DNA of 63,071 nt, the filler included, from Lenisia limosa (Eukaryota; Protista; Breviatea): assembly GCA_001655205.1 (NCBI GenBank). It is 7 parts of 7 records of this genome, joined end to end, with 100 filler letters (N's around TTAATTAATTAA, not from the genome) between each part and the next. Parts side by side here need not be neighbours in the genome. Positions count along the whole stretch, not along the records: positions 55,196 to 63,071 come from LPNZ01007790.1; 6 more parts are not named here. One strand, 5' to 3'. How positions within the stretch are numbered: position 1 is the stretch's first letter; each line of letters starts with the position of its first letter. Below the pieces are notes generated by a model that saw nothing but the letters and a program-made list of their open reading frames with translations, was not told where the DNA came from and did not search any database. Shown here piece by piece: positions 62,113 through 63,071 of this stretch. The translations under genes and the position numbers were made by a program.

Positions 62113-62717
62113 TGGCGTGTACTCAGCAACGTACGCCTCTAAAGCTTTATTTTCGGGTTTTGTCACTGTTCAGTTTGGAGAGGGACGGAGAGCAGAATGA
62201 GAACGTCGCTGATTGGACAACTGGCGTTGACAATAATGAGAAATTCACCGAAGATTATTTGATGGTATGTTGGTGTAGTTCCATCACTCTGACAGCGCTT
62301 CCCTCCCATTCCTTTCCCTTAGAGCAACTTCCAGCACAATACACGCGTATTTCTTGAAACTCCGAAATTCTTAAGCTCATCCCTCCCCCCTCTAGCAAGA
62401 GATAGTTCCGGTCATTGCCATCAGTATGGTTGCCTGCATCTTGTCTCTATTTGTCTGCATTTGCGTCTGCTGTAAGCGGTATTTGCGTTATCATAATATG
62501 GATGGTTTAGCTCTTAAGCGTTATCATAATATGGATAGTTCAGTTGTGAGCATTATCGTAATTTGGATGGTTATTTATCTTATTAATTGGTCTTCCCTTG
62601 ATCTTCTTAGTTAACTCTCTTCCTTTTATCCTATTAGTTGAATCTTTATTCATGACTGGTTCTAGGCTGTCGTGGAGTATGTCAAGCCCAGTGCTGCGGT
62701 GCCACATCGAAAAATGG
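62113..62717 (+). CDS. Exons of a probable single-pass membrane protein
   Basis: Exons ...DGEQNENVADWTTGVDNNEKFTEDYLM and EIVPVIAISMVACILSLFVCICVCCKR (TM helix followed by a Cys/basic juxtamembrane stretch). Confidence 0.45.
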
Positions 62718-63071
62718 TGAGCAGGGGTTGAATTGGCTGTGAGTGGGGTATACTGTCCTGATATTAGATGATTATAGCAGGGACATTTTCCATTTATACC
62801 GCTTCCCCCTAACACTGACACATCTAGATCCCCTCCGCTCTTATACTCGAAAAAGTCAAATGATCATTCGCGTGGCTATGATTGTTCTTTTCATCCTTAT
62901 TTGGTAAGACGAGAGCTTCCTTAGGTCCAAGTTTAACTCCATTATTATCATTTTCAAAGTGAGATCCCGAATACAAGCGCAATAGTGCCATTGCTTTTAT
63001 TTCTTTTACGATGGGATGCGGTGCTGCAAAAGCGACTGACCTGGGCTTTGTTTATTTTGTTGCTATAAACC

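Overview
This is eukaryotic, AT-rich, intron-dense draft genomic DNA, not a prokaryotic or viral window. It is seven unrelated scaffold pieces joined by artificial 100-bp N/TTAATTAATTAA/N linkers (pieces 1-27307, 27408-41411, 41512-47139, 47240-50014, 50115-51315, 51416-55095, 55196-63071), so adjacency across linkers carries no meaning. The six-frame ORF track is mostly uninformative; I rebuilt genes by hand from GT-AG introns with CTRAY-like branch points, and the standard code fits. Recognisable genes: bacterial-type arsenate reductase ArsC (LMW-PTP fold) with introns, mitochondrial aminopeptidase P (Icp55/XPNPEP3), a Pil1/Lsp1-like BAR protein, a PP5/PPEF-like PPP phosphatase, CCDC42/CFAP73 (DUF4200), a TBC Rab-GAP, a secreted GHSAG alpha/beta hydrolase, an IQ-motif protein and tRNA-Asn(GTT). 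CFAP73 and the Icp55 presequence suggest a flagellated organism with a mitochondrion-type organelle (inference). Introns hold at least three short MITE families and one 566-bp fold-back element. The two most unusual signals are (1) most of the clearer tandem repeats are amplified copies of a splice donor or acceptor junction, one of them able to add in-frame hydrophobic VCTFLLYL units, and (2) an eisosome-type BAR protein in an organism that also encodes flagellar proteins. All homology calls come from remembered motifs; no database searches were run.
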